Assembly (NCBI GenBank): GCA_012295275.1
Contig: CM022669.1
Location: 10,974,001-11,038,000, forward strand
DNA from: Chrysomallon squamiferum
Lineage: Eukaryota > Animalia > Mollusca
DNA length: 64,000 bases
Reading direction: 5' to 3'
Made by a program: the position numbers and the translations under genes. Position 1 is the first letter of the stretch. Each line of letters begins with the position of its first letter. Below are positions 12,381 through 26,100 of this stretch, one piece after another. The notes under the pieces are model-generated. The model saw only the letters and a program-made list of their open reading frames with translations, did no database searches and had not been told where the DNA came from.

Positions 12381-15300
12381 CCGCTGCTGCACTGTTTGAC
12401 GAAGGTTACAGTATCAGCTACTTGTTAGTTAACCGCTGTCTGTTTGCGTCGAGCTGTCATCAACAGGCAGGTAAGTTTGCTAGTCGGGTGGATGCAACAC
12501 TGAAGTCAGGTTTCGCTAACTTTACTTTTAAATCTGTTTTCAAACTGATGCAATGTTCTGTGTTACTAACACAGGGCTCGGTTACATCGCAAGCGAAAAT
12601 GTTGTATGGTTGTAGGTTTGTATGTGTGTGTGTCTGGCGTGTGTGTCTGGTATGTGTGTGTGTCTGGCGTGTGTGTCTGGTATGTGTGAATGTGTATGTG
12701 TGTGTGTTTGTGCCTGTGTATGTATAAGTACGAATGTGTGTAGGTATAAGTGTATTTTATTTTCATAAACTGTAAAATTTCGCTTACGGTGTAAATCTAC
12801 CAACTTATTTGATTTTGTTTTTCCCATTTATTTGTTTATTTGTTTGTTTGTTTGTTTAAATCACATATTAATCATATAAAAGGTCAGATTTGTAACATAT
12901 AACTATATTTTAAAATCTACTAATTACCCATGTATAAAAATAAAAGGGTGCAATATTTTCTTAAAGTTGCGTCTTGTATGTATAGATACAAAAACAGATG
13001 TAAATTTTAAAATAGCTAGTTATCTAACAAAGGAAGAAAATAAACCCACATGATTCTGATTAAACACAAGTTTCAAGTTAATAGTGATGGTTTGTCAGGA
13101 ATCGTTGCGTTTTTTCTTTCCTGCCAAAGGGAAGGTATTATAAAAACTTTCTTACTGTTAATTACTGTTTGACGCATGGATTGAATCAGTAAATTTCTGC
13201 TATAAAATATGATTATTATAAAAAGGAGAGAATATATGAGTGTGTCTGTGTGTGTGTGTAAACTAAAAACGAAACACAACATGATGTTTCCTTAAACTAA
13301 TATTCATTCATCGCTAATTGAAAAATGAAAATAACTGTAAGCAACAAACAACAAATGGAGAAATTATACGATTAGTCATGTTATCATAAAATACAGACAC
13401 CCACACAATAATTAGATATATAAACATACAGATAAAACATGAGCTTAATTGTTAGTATGGATGTAATTATAATATGATTGCATTTCAAGCAGTATATACA
13501 TACACACACACACACACGTAGATACACACATACATAATTACATAGGTACACAAACACACACACAAATATAGATAAATACATTATTACATAGGTACATATA
13601 CACACATACAATCTCCCACACATACACATATACACACACATATAGACAGACACACATACTGACAAACACACATACATACGTACAAACTCACATACTTACG
13701 TGAATAACAATGACGTTTAAAAACATCAGCACCCAAACAATATTTTTCACATTTAAATAAAACAAGGAGTTGGCTAAGGGTGTGGTCATAATTATAATAA
13801 TTACATTGAAAGACAGTTTTAAAATACCATAGATGCCACGAATAAATACGTGACTTTTGTCAATATTCAAATGTTGTCAACAACAAAAAAAACTAATTAT
13901 ATTAATTATGAATATTTTTCATCATAAATGGAATCGACTTGTATACAGAGCGCTGGGCGTGTACAGTTTTCTTTCGTTTTGTTATTTAAAAATATAAAAA
14001 AGTAAAAAAGGTGCAGACAGTTTCTACATTTCATCAAAAGAAATAGTTGATACAGCGGGGAGTAGTAGCAGTACACCCGAGACATATTATGAGAAAATAA
14101 ATACCTAAGTTTCTCAGCATCTTAAAATAAACACATACGCGGTTATAAGTTATTGTTTTCACTTGTATAACCAGAACCCGTTAATCTTGTTTACTTGTCT
14201 TTTTAATGTTATTTTCTAACGCTGGGGAAGATAGGTATATCCGTACGTAAATTAACATGGTTAATCTCTGTTTAAATACAATTTTTTGTGGTGATTTTCG
14301 TTTCGTTATTTAGTTCAGTAGGAGAGTCTCAGCCCGAGGAACGATGGATCGCAACTGTTTGTTACCTATTTACCATTCTAGACAGTGCTCGCTGTGAATA
14401 TACATTTTAAACTGTTCTAACGGTTGTGGGTGGGGTTAGTGTATGACCTGAGAGGTCAAAGAATCAGACCCCGTCAGCGCGCGTTTGTATGCCTTTTCCC
14501 GTTCCTGATTTTGCTCAGTAACAGTTTCATTAGATGCTGTTGAAAGTGCTTTCCTACATGTAGGAAGAGATATATATATATATATAAACTATTTCTTCTC
14601 ACTGTATGTTAAGAATAGCCCTACGAATAGAGGCGGCCCCATTACTTTTATTTTATTGTACAAAAAACATTCATCACCCAGACTAGATTAATATTATTAA
14701 TGTTACTGTTGGTTTAACTGGCTATTTATTTTAATGATTATTATTTGTTTTGTTTTGTTTTGTTTTTAGATGTTGTTGTCACCATTGTATACAATTTTAA
14801 CATTATTTAAAACCAATTAAAAAATAAATAAATAAATAAATAAATAAATAAAAGAAAGCCAACCATTTTAAACAGCGCCCTCTTATTTTGTTCCTCCTTT
14901 ACTAACGAAATATTTATAACTATTATTTTTATAAAACATAATTACCGTATTATTACCTCGCTAAATTTTACATACCTTAAACACCAGCTTTATAATACAA
15001 ATCAAAATTCTCAAAACTATGCAAACCTAAACAAAAACCCCCCAAAAATAATAATAATATCCGAAACATTTAATAAGCTACAAATTCTTCCAAGCGTGCA
15101 TAGCTCGCATTCTTTCCTTCATTTTTTTTTTTTTTTTTTTAAATTCTATTGTTCCCTGGTTTTGTTTTCAACAAATACAAATACAAGGAGTGCGACAGTT
15201 AAACATTAAGCCACAAAGACATTCAAACGAAACTGATTTGTTCTTTACGAAGCGCGTGGTAGTCACGTGCTTCACGTTAGACCCGCACGGCTAAAACGGT

Positions 15301-15504
15301 GTCATCACCATGGGACCACGTGCACTAATCAGACGTTTGTTAGATGACGTCACTGACACCGCTGTTCAGTGGCTGCTGGGATATAACGGAAATGAAGGAT
15401 ATTTCGTTGCTTCGCGTAAAACGTGTTCGGAAGTCACGAAAAGAATATATTGTACTTTACATTCGAATTATTTATTTGTTAACAGTTTTATACAGTAACT
15501 AGAA

Positions 15505-15536
<32 letters not shown>

Positions 15537-16264
15537 TAAGACGGTCACCATAATGAAAGATCTGTCATGGTTTGTTTTTTTCTTTTTTTTTTTTTCTGTT
15601 CTTGTTTTGTTTGTTTTTCCCCAGCAGAATATATAAAGGATAATATAGGTAGATTTGAACTGATGTACAGTTATGAATAACTTACGAGAAACATTTAAAA
15701 ACAAATAATATAATTAAGAATGTAACATCTTCTTCTTTTGTCTAACAACCATCGTAAAATGATTTTCCATATGTGTACAATTTAATCGTGAACAATTTGA
15801 TAATAAGGTAACATACTAATTTAAACATTTTAAAGAATCTACGAATAACTTTAAACAGAAAAAAATTAAAATCCATTCAGTATTTGTTTTTATTTTTTTC
15901 AAAAGACTATATTGTTCTGTGGACTTACCAAATAATATAAGACGATTTTACATATTCTTATCTTGAACTAACTACTATATACACATTTCATCTACATATA
16001 CAGAGTGCAATGTGTTAAATGGACACTGAACAACAATATTTTCAAAGAGAGAATAGTAAATGTGTCAAAGTGTATCGGCAAACGCTCAGTGTTTTTAGAA
16101 CAACCAGATACCTGGCATCTTTGTTTTACCAAACACACAACAGACCAGCTCTTCCTTGGAAGAGTTTATTAGCTTTACTCTCGTCGGCTTACAGACATTC
16201 ATTTCATAGATGAAATGATATCATTTGTTAAGTGGTTCATGTGTGTGTGTATATATATATATAT

Positions 16265-16268
<4 letters not shown>

Positions 16269-16354
<86 letters not shown>

Positions 16355-16438
16355 AAATATGTTAAATGAATGTGCAATGCATTTTAATGAAATGTTCAGC
16401 TCATAGGCATATATTTCATACATTTCTTTTTTCTTCTT

Positions 16439-16507
<69 letters not shown>
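16269..16507. repeat. (GA)n microsatellite, followed after a short spacer by a (TTC)n(TTA)n compound repeat
   Basis: Directly visible. Confidence 0.95.
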
Positions 16508-16509
<2 letters not shown>

Positions 16510-19359
16510 ATTAATTAATTATTTAATTATAGCAATTGAACTGTATACGACATAGAGAATGAACCGTTAAATATGCCGAACGAATGTGCAATGATTTTTT
16601 TCTTTTAAAGAAATTTTCCAATATTACTATTTTTAACAGATAATAATAACTGAACTCGTTTAAACGTGGATGGATTTCTCCAGTAACATTTCTTTCAATA
16701 TACACTGAATGTACCCGATTGTCTAATGAACACTGGCATGCAAATATTAACAACTTGTACCTCTTAATGAACGGCTCTGCAATATTAGCGTTTTCATAGT
16801 TCTGTGTTTGTTTAATAGGGGTGTGTGGCTAAACTGCAAAGTAGCAGTTATTATCATATCTTTTACAGCTAACTTTGTACTAATTGTAAAGATGCGGGCG
16901 GGAACCGTTCTACATGTTTATAATAATATTAGTAGGACATACCCTATACAGGTAAATAAACCGCACCTCTTTACAACAGAAATGAAACCCGCTAGTACAG
17001 AATGGATATAATTAATTGCGAATAATAATGGGGGTAACCATGTAAAATTCAAATCTTTTGAATGAGCATTTTTAGTCATGAAGATATATTTAGATATATT
17101 TTTGAAACTATGACGCAGATCGCAGTTTTTCTTTGAAATTAATTTATTTATGGTTCATTTATATAATTTATTATCGTTAATGAACCTGATCTTGATAACT
17201 GAATTGTTATGATGATGATGGTGATGATGATGATGATGATGACGATGATGATAAACGATCATGACTATGGTGAGAATGAAACCATTCTCCATTCTTAACA
17301 TTTCTTTGTGGAAGTCTTTAACTTAAATATCATTTTCAGAATGATGGCCTGCGTTAATTTTAAGTGATTTAATTTTGTTTTGAATACCATTTCTTTAGTA
17401 TCTAAAAGTAAACGTGAGAGCGATACTGTAGAGTAATCTTAAAGATTGACAATCAGCACTTTTCAAACAGAAACACAAAATTAAGTTCAAGTTTAAAATA
17501 TATTTAAATTTTATAAAAAAAAAATTCCAAGCAGAAATGAAAACTGATGTAAGTTATTATAAAAATATTATATCATTAATTAAGGCAGAAGCTAGTTAAA
17601 TATTTATTTTTTGTGGGATCAAAAATGTGATAAATCATTCAAAATCTGAACTCTAGCGAAAGAATTAATGTACAAAACAAAACGTGGGGCACTAAAATTA
17701 GGAATAAGTAAATATTGAAAATGCAATTCATAATTGTTTACATGAATATGAGTTTAGAAATTAATGACAGAAATCAACGGAAATAAAAATAACGATTAAA
17801 GTTAAAATGGAATTTTGAAAGAATGGAAGAAAGAAAGAAAGAAAGAAAAAGAAAAGGAGACGGAAAAAACAACAAAAAACAACAACGAACAAACGTCCCT
17901 AACTGCGTTTTCCAAAATTTCGCTTTCATTTTTCTCTCCTTTTTACGGATATATCACAGTTAAATTTCAAATCAAACACTGAGTTTTTTATACAAATATA
18001 ATTATACATGGGTTTAACGAGAGAGCAAGATTGTAGCTAACTTTATTTTCAAATACTATTATGTATGGAATTCGAAAATTCGTTATGCAGACAACATAAA
18101 TGCTGTGAACGACTAAGAAACTTTCCACATATATTGTCTTGTACTTTGTATATTACTTCTGATTTCTACACAGTACTGAAATGTCAAACAGTGAGAATAG
18201 ATTCAAATCGTAATTGGAATTTCTATTTCTTTTTGCACACACTAATACTAGAGATCATAAGTCAGTACTTTAATATTTTGTACCAGTTTTATGGGAATAT
18301 ACTGATAAATGAAAACAAGTTGAAATACTAATTGAAGTCATTTTTTAGAGATTAACAAACTGATTATTGTATTATCTGAAAAAAGGAAGGAATGATGTTA
18401 CAAATGCTTCTCTACATCTTGTGTTTTGATGTAAATTATTTAAAACAAATCCCCCAAAAATTAATGAATAAAAGTATTTTATTTCGCTACATCCAAAATA
18501 TAAGGAACATATATTGGTTGCTGGGTATCAGTATGAAAATATATCAATAAAATTATGTTTAATATAACTAAAAAATTAATGTTTTCCTCATATTCAAATT
18601 TTTGGAAAATTCTGTTTATTTAATTTAATTTTATTTAATTTAATTTTATTTTATTTCTTTTCTTTTCTTTTTTTCAGGAAGAGAGAAAAGAAAAAAAACG
18701 GAGAAAAACCTTTTCTCTCGTTCTAACATTTGGTCTCTCTAACCAATCATATCAGTACCAGATTGCAATAAACAGTTTTCTAACTTTCTACTCATTTTTA
18801 TTGTAATTTGAAGGATAAAAGACCAGCAAGTGAATTTTTACTAATTTCATTATTATAAGTTCGTCTAACCGTTCACATATTATTCCATAATGATTTACTA
18901 TGAAAAAAATCAACATATATATTATGACGATTGACACAAAACTGCAAAGTAAAACAACCATATGTTCTTCAAAAAATACATGAAACGTGGTCCTTTTTGT
19001 ATCAGACACACGTGCATATTAACAAACATAGCTAGTAATCAGGTAATTTCAAATTTTGCCAAGAAAAATAATAGTTCCTACCTTGTCATTGTGAAATAGG
19101 TGTATATCCAAAACAATTATGGACTACATTCCATGACTGTCTCTTCTCCGAATCTGGGGAAACTGTTCTTTTGTTGGCGTGTTGTAAATGGTCTTTATCC
19201 ACAAGGAATTCGCGAGGATTTAGTCGGCTAAGTTCAATTGGACGACAGCGGCGAAGAAGATCTGGTCAGAAAACAAATCAGCCGTGCTCGTTGTTGCCAA
19301 ACACGCCACCCTTCCCTATCCACACACAGCAGAGAATGACTCTTTAAAGATGTCGCTGT

Positions 19360-19760
19360 TTCACAGCAGACGACAGCGTTGTGCAATAGACATCTTCACC
19401 ATGCGGCAGACGGCATGAGCGTTTTGCAGACGACGTTAGTGCGTACGAAACAGGTCATCGGCATGTAGCGGACAACAGCAATGTATCGCAGTCTACGACG
19501 TCAGCGTATTTGCAGACAATATTACTGTAGAGAAGATAATAGCAGTGTTACACCAGACGACAGAAATGCTTAGCAGACGATTTTGATATTAGCAGACGAT
19601 ATATGACGAACACCAGTATGAGCGTAAAGCAGACAAAGGCGAGTGTAAAAATAAGGCACTATTAATTAGCAGACGACAGGACTGTGTTGACGATAGCGGC
19701 GCAGCTGAAATCGCAACACACAGCAACAGAGAAACGCAGCTTCTAAATCAGACGACACCT
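19360..19760 (+). repeat. Degenerate ~20-bp periodic array with conserved GCAGACGAC core
   Basis: Cores at 19366, 19406, 19426, 19468, 19512, 19554, 19573, 19592, 19629, 19669 and 19749 with divergent linkers. Confidence 0.8.
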
Positions 19761-20242
19761 AAGTTGTTGGCTTAAACGTCATTTAAATATACATCACAGT
19801 CTTACGCAGACTGGGTGTACAGATCTTGATTAAGACATTTTTAATCGTTTTTCTATTAATCTGGAAAAGAAACGAGAAGAGAAGACAAGCAGAGAAAAAA
19901 AAAGAAAACAAATTAATAATAAATTAAATTTGTATTAAGAACGAGTAACATTTCTCGCTTCACTTGCTTCAATGTGGGTGAAACATTTCAGCTGCATAAA
20001 ACATGTCAGTTTAATCACAGTTAAATTAATTTATGTTTTCCGTATTGGCAAGAATTTTTTAAAACTTAAAACCACATTTCACGGCTAAACATTCTCACGG
20101 AACATATAAGACAAATGTATGCGGGCGCATTTTAAATAAAATCCACAAATTCCCAGAAACATTCTTATTTTGTTATCGTTGCTGTTTCGTCTTCTGTTTT
20201 TTCTTCATCATCATTTTATTATTATTATTATTATTATTATTA

Positions 20243-20298
<56 letters not shown>

Positions 20299-21941
20299 TA
20301 ATTAATTAATTACATTACATTACATTACATTAACTGAACTGTGCACGATATCCATAAATTATAATAGCGACCATAACAAAACCAGTTTCTGTCTCACCTA
20401 CATACTCGTACTATTTTTCTAAAATCTCGCGGCCCGCTTTAAGAATGTGAAACTGGTTCAAGTAGTTGCAGTGCCAATACCCTGAAACTCTTTATTTTTA
20501 TATTTCATTAAAATCAAACACCAGTCTGGTTTGCAGAACGCTTAACCGGTCCCACTGTTTGAAGAAAAAAACTTGTTCAAACAGATGAGCGCTGCAATGT
20601 TCAACGCGTACTCGATATGTTTGCGTTAAAGTTACTGCAACTGAAGATCAATTTATATTAAACAGGTGGGTGCGTCTTCGTCATTTCTCAGTCTTGGGAG
20701 CGTGTCGATGGCCTTTTCCCCATTAACGTAATGTCTGTATTAAATTAAAGTGTAGTTTGTTAGCAGTGTGCAATAAATGAAATAGGTTGTTTGTGTATTT
20801 AGCCCTCTCTCTTTCTATTTATCTCACTTTATATAATCCTCTCTCTCTCTTTTCCTCTTATTTCTATATATGTATGTGTGTGTGTGTAGTAAGTTTACAT
20901 ATTTTTCTACATGCAGAATCAAAATTATTTTCAAAAATCGAAATTTGTTTTACAAAAGCTGAGACTATTCTATTGCAGTTATTAACAAAGAAGTGGCAAA
21001 AGTTACGTTTATGTCGCTTTTTTTTACAGATTTTTTAAATTTTCAAAAAAAAAAAAAAAATAAAGAAAAAAAGAAAGAAAAAAGAAAAGCGTTTTCCAGG
21101 ATTCTTAAGATCATACTTATGCTTAAATCCAAACATAAATTAAAATTTAAAAAAAAAAAATAAAAAATAAAAAATAAAATAAAAATATATATTTTTCACA
21201 AACACATCCATTTCCTAAAAGAAAAACCAATATCAATAAGTGTAAACAAGAGTTAACGATCATCTAATCTCATCTACTTCTGCGAGGTGTTAGAACGTCT
21301 TAACTTGTAACGCCAGTGGAGTCGTTCCGTCACAAGTTTGAAAGGAAAACCAGGACTTGTTCCGTAGTCGACAAACTCCTGGATAACGTTCACAGTCTGA
21401 AGTTCTGGTTCCTGTAACTAAGGATGAAACCAAACAAACACGGCTAACGAGGAATTCTTCGTGGACGTAATCCAGTTTGTTACATTGTTGAAAAAAATCT
21501 GGTTCCGGGTCACGTTGAGGAATCAGTATCTCAGAAATTAGCAGGAATTAAAATAAAAACCGCTGAGTGGAACCTCTTTTCATTTCCTTCCTTTTGTCTT
21601 AAAATGGGTTTCGTTATAAACGTTTTAATTTTCTTCTGATAGTGGTTTATAATCTTCAGAATTTTACTTTTCAATACGAATGTTTCACTAAACATTTTAA
21701 GGAACAGTTTCAGTGTTTATTTAAAAAAAATTAAAAAAATTAAAAAAAGGCAACAAATCTAACGGCCAGGCTATATAACACTGAAATACAAGTGTGGTGT
21801 AACTGAATGCGTGCGTTACTAAAACTAGTTTAAATTTATTTATTTTAAGCTGCATGATATTTAGATAAAATAGTATTTTTGTTACTGCTTTAAAATATTA
21901 AATAATAATAATAAAGACAATAATAATAAGAAAAAGAAGAC

Positions 21942-21973
<32 letters not shown>

Positions 21974-23170
21974 CAGAATACGCTGCATTATATATTAGGA
22001 TTACTGTTCTTTAATATACGCTATTACTGAATACTTCATTTTACAACTGAAACTTCTGTCAAATATGGCTGATTTAATTCAATTCCTTTAGTTCGGTTAC
22101 TCATACATTTTCTGTCTGTTAATTTACTGTTAGGTTAAAAACAAAATTCAGACGATATTGCGCATTTAACAAGAATTTGATTGTTTTCTAGAATATTCAA
22201 GAAAGCAGAAACTCATTGTGGTAGTAACTGCCAACTATTCAACTTCAAATGAACTCAGATTTATTTTTGGTCAGGATATAATGAACTGCGACTTAATATG
22301 CACATAATTACTATGTTACTTAACAAAACCTTCATTTCATTACCAAAAACTATGAGTTAAAATTTCATTAAAAGCAATGAAAAGATTGTTTTAAAAGTTT
22401 TTGTAACAACAAAAACGCAGATAAGGTAAATTTCTGTGTGTTTATAAACAAACATGGGCAAAGATGTTTACGTCTTTTTAAGCCAGAAACAAATATGGCG
22501 GCAGTTGCAGAATTTCCGGGCAGACCTGAAACTTGGCTAAGTACTAGGTCACACTGAAAACGATGCCCAAACTTAGTTTCAGTATATTTAGAACTGAAAA
22601 CAGTTTCTTTGATGACGTAAATGGTTGGGAGTTTTTTTGTGTTTTTTTCGCATTTAGACGTGAAAAAAGTTAATTTGGTAACTTGCGTAATAAATATAAA
22701 CATAATAAAATACTGTGAAAAAATGAATTATGACTGATAATTTCTTTGTCAGCGTCCCAACAAATGTGCTAAATATAGAGAGTTTACATGCATAACATGA
22801 ACACACATATGCATGCATTACTGCGGTAAGCCACATACACAAACACTTATTGACATGCATGTGTAAACTTATAAAGTGTAACTATGGATATGTATTGTGT
22901 GCGCTCGTGCACTTATGCTGCCACATTTGGATGCATCAGACTAAAACCTAAGCGTACAAATACACAGAGATATATACAGACACACACACACACATGCACA
23001 CCTACACAGGTATAAACATAAAAGTATACAATGTTGCATGCATAAACACCGAAAAAAAAAAATATATATATATATACACATACATATGTCCTTGTGTTTG
23101 TATATATCTATATGTATTTGTACGCTTAGTTTTTAGCCTGATGTATACATACATGCATTCATACATACAT

Positions 23171-23350
23171 TCGATGGCCGAACGGTAACGTCGTCCGCCT
23201 TCGGAGTGCGGGCTAATGGGTGCCATACGTTCGAGTCTCGTCAGCGGCATCTGACGGGTTTGTGAGGTCGTGACTGGACTTTGTCCTCCTGCGCCAGTGC
23301 GTTCCCGAATATTGTCTACGTGCAGAGTGTATTCAGACGTCCGTAAGACA
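23171..23350 (+). mobile_element. tRNA-derived SINE (or tRNA pseudogene) fragment
   Basis: Pol III A-box-like TGGCCGAACGG (~23175) and B-box-like GTTCGAGTC (~23229) at tRNA-like spacing in a GC-rich island next to a (TACA)n tract; no clean cloverleaf. Confidence 0.55.
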
Positions 23351-23457
23351 AAGAATATTTAAAATTCTAAACTACGTACACATGCGCACATATTATACAT
23401 TATAGTTATGAAGTATTTAGTTAGTTCCTTATTAGCCCTCGGGGGTCCTTTTCTTCT

Positions 23458-23491
<34 letters not shown>

Positions 23492-24301
23492 CGCGAACAG
23501 TCTAAATAACGGGTAAACAACATCTTTCAAAAAGTTTAAAAGTTAAACAAAATAAAGACACACTAAATGAACATTCTTCAAAAGGGCGCTGCCGGGGACT
23601 TTTGGCTTCCTGATTTGAGTTACCTGGCATCTCGGAAGTCAAGGTTACCTTTGGCGTGGTCATAATTTGTTTTGTTTTTTCTCTTAAGCCAAATACTTGT
23701 TTGTTTAACGTATCTATGTTCAAAGTTACTTTTCTGACTTCTCTTTCAGTTGCTGTTAATGAAATGCTTCTCGGAAATCACAACCTTGAATTCAAACAAT
23801 GTAGCATCCACTGGTACTGCCAATACATGGATTTGGGAAACAGTGTCATAAATAAGGGCTACATGCAATTTTTATTGAATTGCCAGACCGGAATGTCTAA
23901 AGGCTTGTGATGCATGTGGAATGTTGTAATCGTAATTCATGTCATAACATTTAAAAAATGAATTGTTGATGGCTCGATAGTCTTCCTTCAAGAATGAGAA
24001 GTAAGGAAATATGTTTCGGCCACAATGGAAATTCCAGAAGTATAATTTCTCTCTGTGTATGTGTGTGTTTCTGTCTGTCTGTCTGTATGTATGTATGAGT
24101 GTTTGACGCTGGTGTTTATTCCTATATTTAGCATTAAATATGTAATTAAATTAGTAAAGTAATTTCTCGAACTACAAAAAATGAATATTTAGATATGTTT
24201 TAAATACTAAAGCAAACAATCAACAAAAAATATAATATGTGGACGAACAACAACAAAAAAAAAGACACAGTAAAAACAACCCAACATTCATATAATAGTC
24301 A

Positions 24302-24355
<54 letters not shown>

Positions 24356-24942
24356 TCAACATCATAGACAACGGCATTATTATTATTATTATTTATTTGT
24401 TACTTTTAATTATGATTATTTTTTTTTTTTTTTTTTTTTTTATTGCTGTTATTATCCGTAGTTGTAATAGTACTAGTAAATTATAATAGTAGTAGTAGTG
24501 GTAACAGTTGTTGACGCTGTTGCTGATGTTATGATGCTGGTGGTGGTTGTGGTGGTGGTGGTAGCAGCAATAGTAAAAGCAGAAGTTAAACAAGTAGGTA
24601 GTGAGAACGCGGACTGTATACTCTTATTTTCTTTGGATATTTCTTGGCATATTTAAACACAAAATGTTGATTTTCACATTTTCATATAATCGAAATTCAA
24701 TTATTATAAAAATTATATTAAGCAACACCTACCTTATTACATGCAGGTACGGAACAGCTTGAATCAAAATAACAGTTATTACATTTCGTCCACCATTGCA
24801 GGTAGCATGGAATGTAGTAACATTATTGCGTCAGAGTATTGTTGACGTCATTTACCGAAAATTACGGAAGTTACCGAAATTGTATCGTTTGAAAGCATTA
24901 TTTATTTTTATTTATTTATTTATTTATTTATTATTATTATTA

Positions 24943-24997
<55 letters not shown>

Positions 24998-25379
24998 TCT
25001 ACAGTTGTTGTTCTTATTCTCTGTGAGCTTTATTTTAAGTTTATTTATTTATTTATTTATTACTAGAGAATGACTATGTGGCCCGCAATGACATTTAACA
25101 AAACACTAACACGACAAACAAATAAATTTAAAAAAATAAATTAATACATAAATAAAATATATATATACATTTATTTCTGAAGATTAATTTTCGTCGCTAT
25201 TAAGCACAGCTGTCATTTTAACTTCGTTGCAGACTCACAAATAAAATACTTCTCGCTTAATCGTCGGACAATTATCACACACTTCTGCCGACTTGTTTTT
25301 CTTCATTTTAAGATCTCTCCTCCAAGGTCTATTGCGTTTATCCGCTAAAAATGAAAACAAAGAAAAGGGTTGCGAGACC

Positions 25380-25765
25380 TTTGTTTTTCAGTTTTAGAGG
25401 GCATGCGCAACTTAACCGCAGAAGCTCACCTAAAAGGCGGACTGCGCACTTCGGCGACCTCGTTTACGACTTTGTGACTCGGCGGATCAAGCGAGCAGCT
25501 TGAGAGAGACTAGAAGACGCTTTAAGAGACGTGTAAACAAGCAGTTTTCGTGGCTAGATTACAATTTTCTGTCTGTCACACCGTCTTGCTTGGTCTGGTT
25601 CATTAAAACTCGAACCGAAATCTGGTGGATTGATGTAAAAAAAGTGTAACTAAAAATGGACAAAATTAATAAAATGTACGCCAGATTGTAATTTCGTACG
25701 AACACAGATAAGTTTGAAGTATTTGTAAGCTGACTATGACTCGATATTTAAAAACCGAGGTAAGT
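25380..25765. promoter_or_regulatory. CpG-rich promoter-like island with divergent splice donors
   Basis: NRF1/Ewg-like gcatgcgca (25401-25409); minus-strand donor TAG|gtgagc (25430/25429); plus-strand donor GAG|gtaagt (25759/25760). Confidence 0.4.
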
Positions 25766-25769
25766 TATG

Positions 25770-25925
25770 ACGCCGCAGGATAGATTTTCGACAATGCTGC
25801 CTAAGATATGTTTCCCGTTCCAACCAGCGTTTTACGATTGGTTTAACAAAGATATCTTGTTTCTAATCAGTAAGATAAGCTAGCAAATGGAATGGCGCTG
25901 TCTGGTTTCTTCTTTGTTAAATTTA
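25770..25925 (+). mobile_element. Degenerate copy of an old gastropod-type tRNA-SINE body
   Basis: tttcccgttccaaccagcg...gattggtttaacaaag...ggcgctgtctggtttcttct resembles a mollusc SINE core recalled from memory (TTCTCGTTCCAGCCAGTG..CGACTGG..CAAAGG / GGCGACAGCGGGTTTCCTCT). Related fragments at ~14450-14640 (+), 35150-35250 (+), 50660-50770 (-) and 51380-51420 (-). Confidence 0.5.
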
Positions 25926-26048
25926 TCAGTTACGATTATTAAAATCATGAGAGATGAAAACATTACTTTGTTGTTGTTTTTGTTGTTTTATTGTTGGGTT
26001 TAAAATTGAGATTAAAAGATCTGTATTTTATTATATATTTTATTGTTA

Positions 26049-26100
<52 letters not shown>

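Noticed and set aside
23171-23250. Functional tRNA gene
   Set aside because: A- and B-box-like motifs are present, but no consistent acceptor or anticodon stems could be folded; treated as a SINE head or pseudogene.
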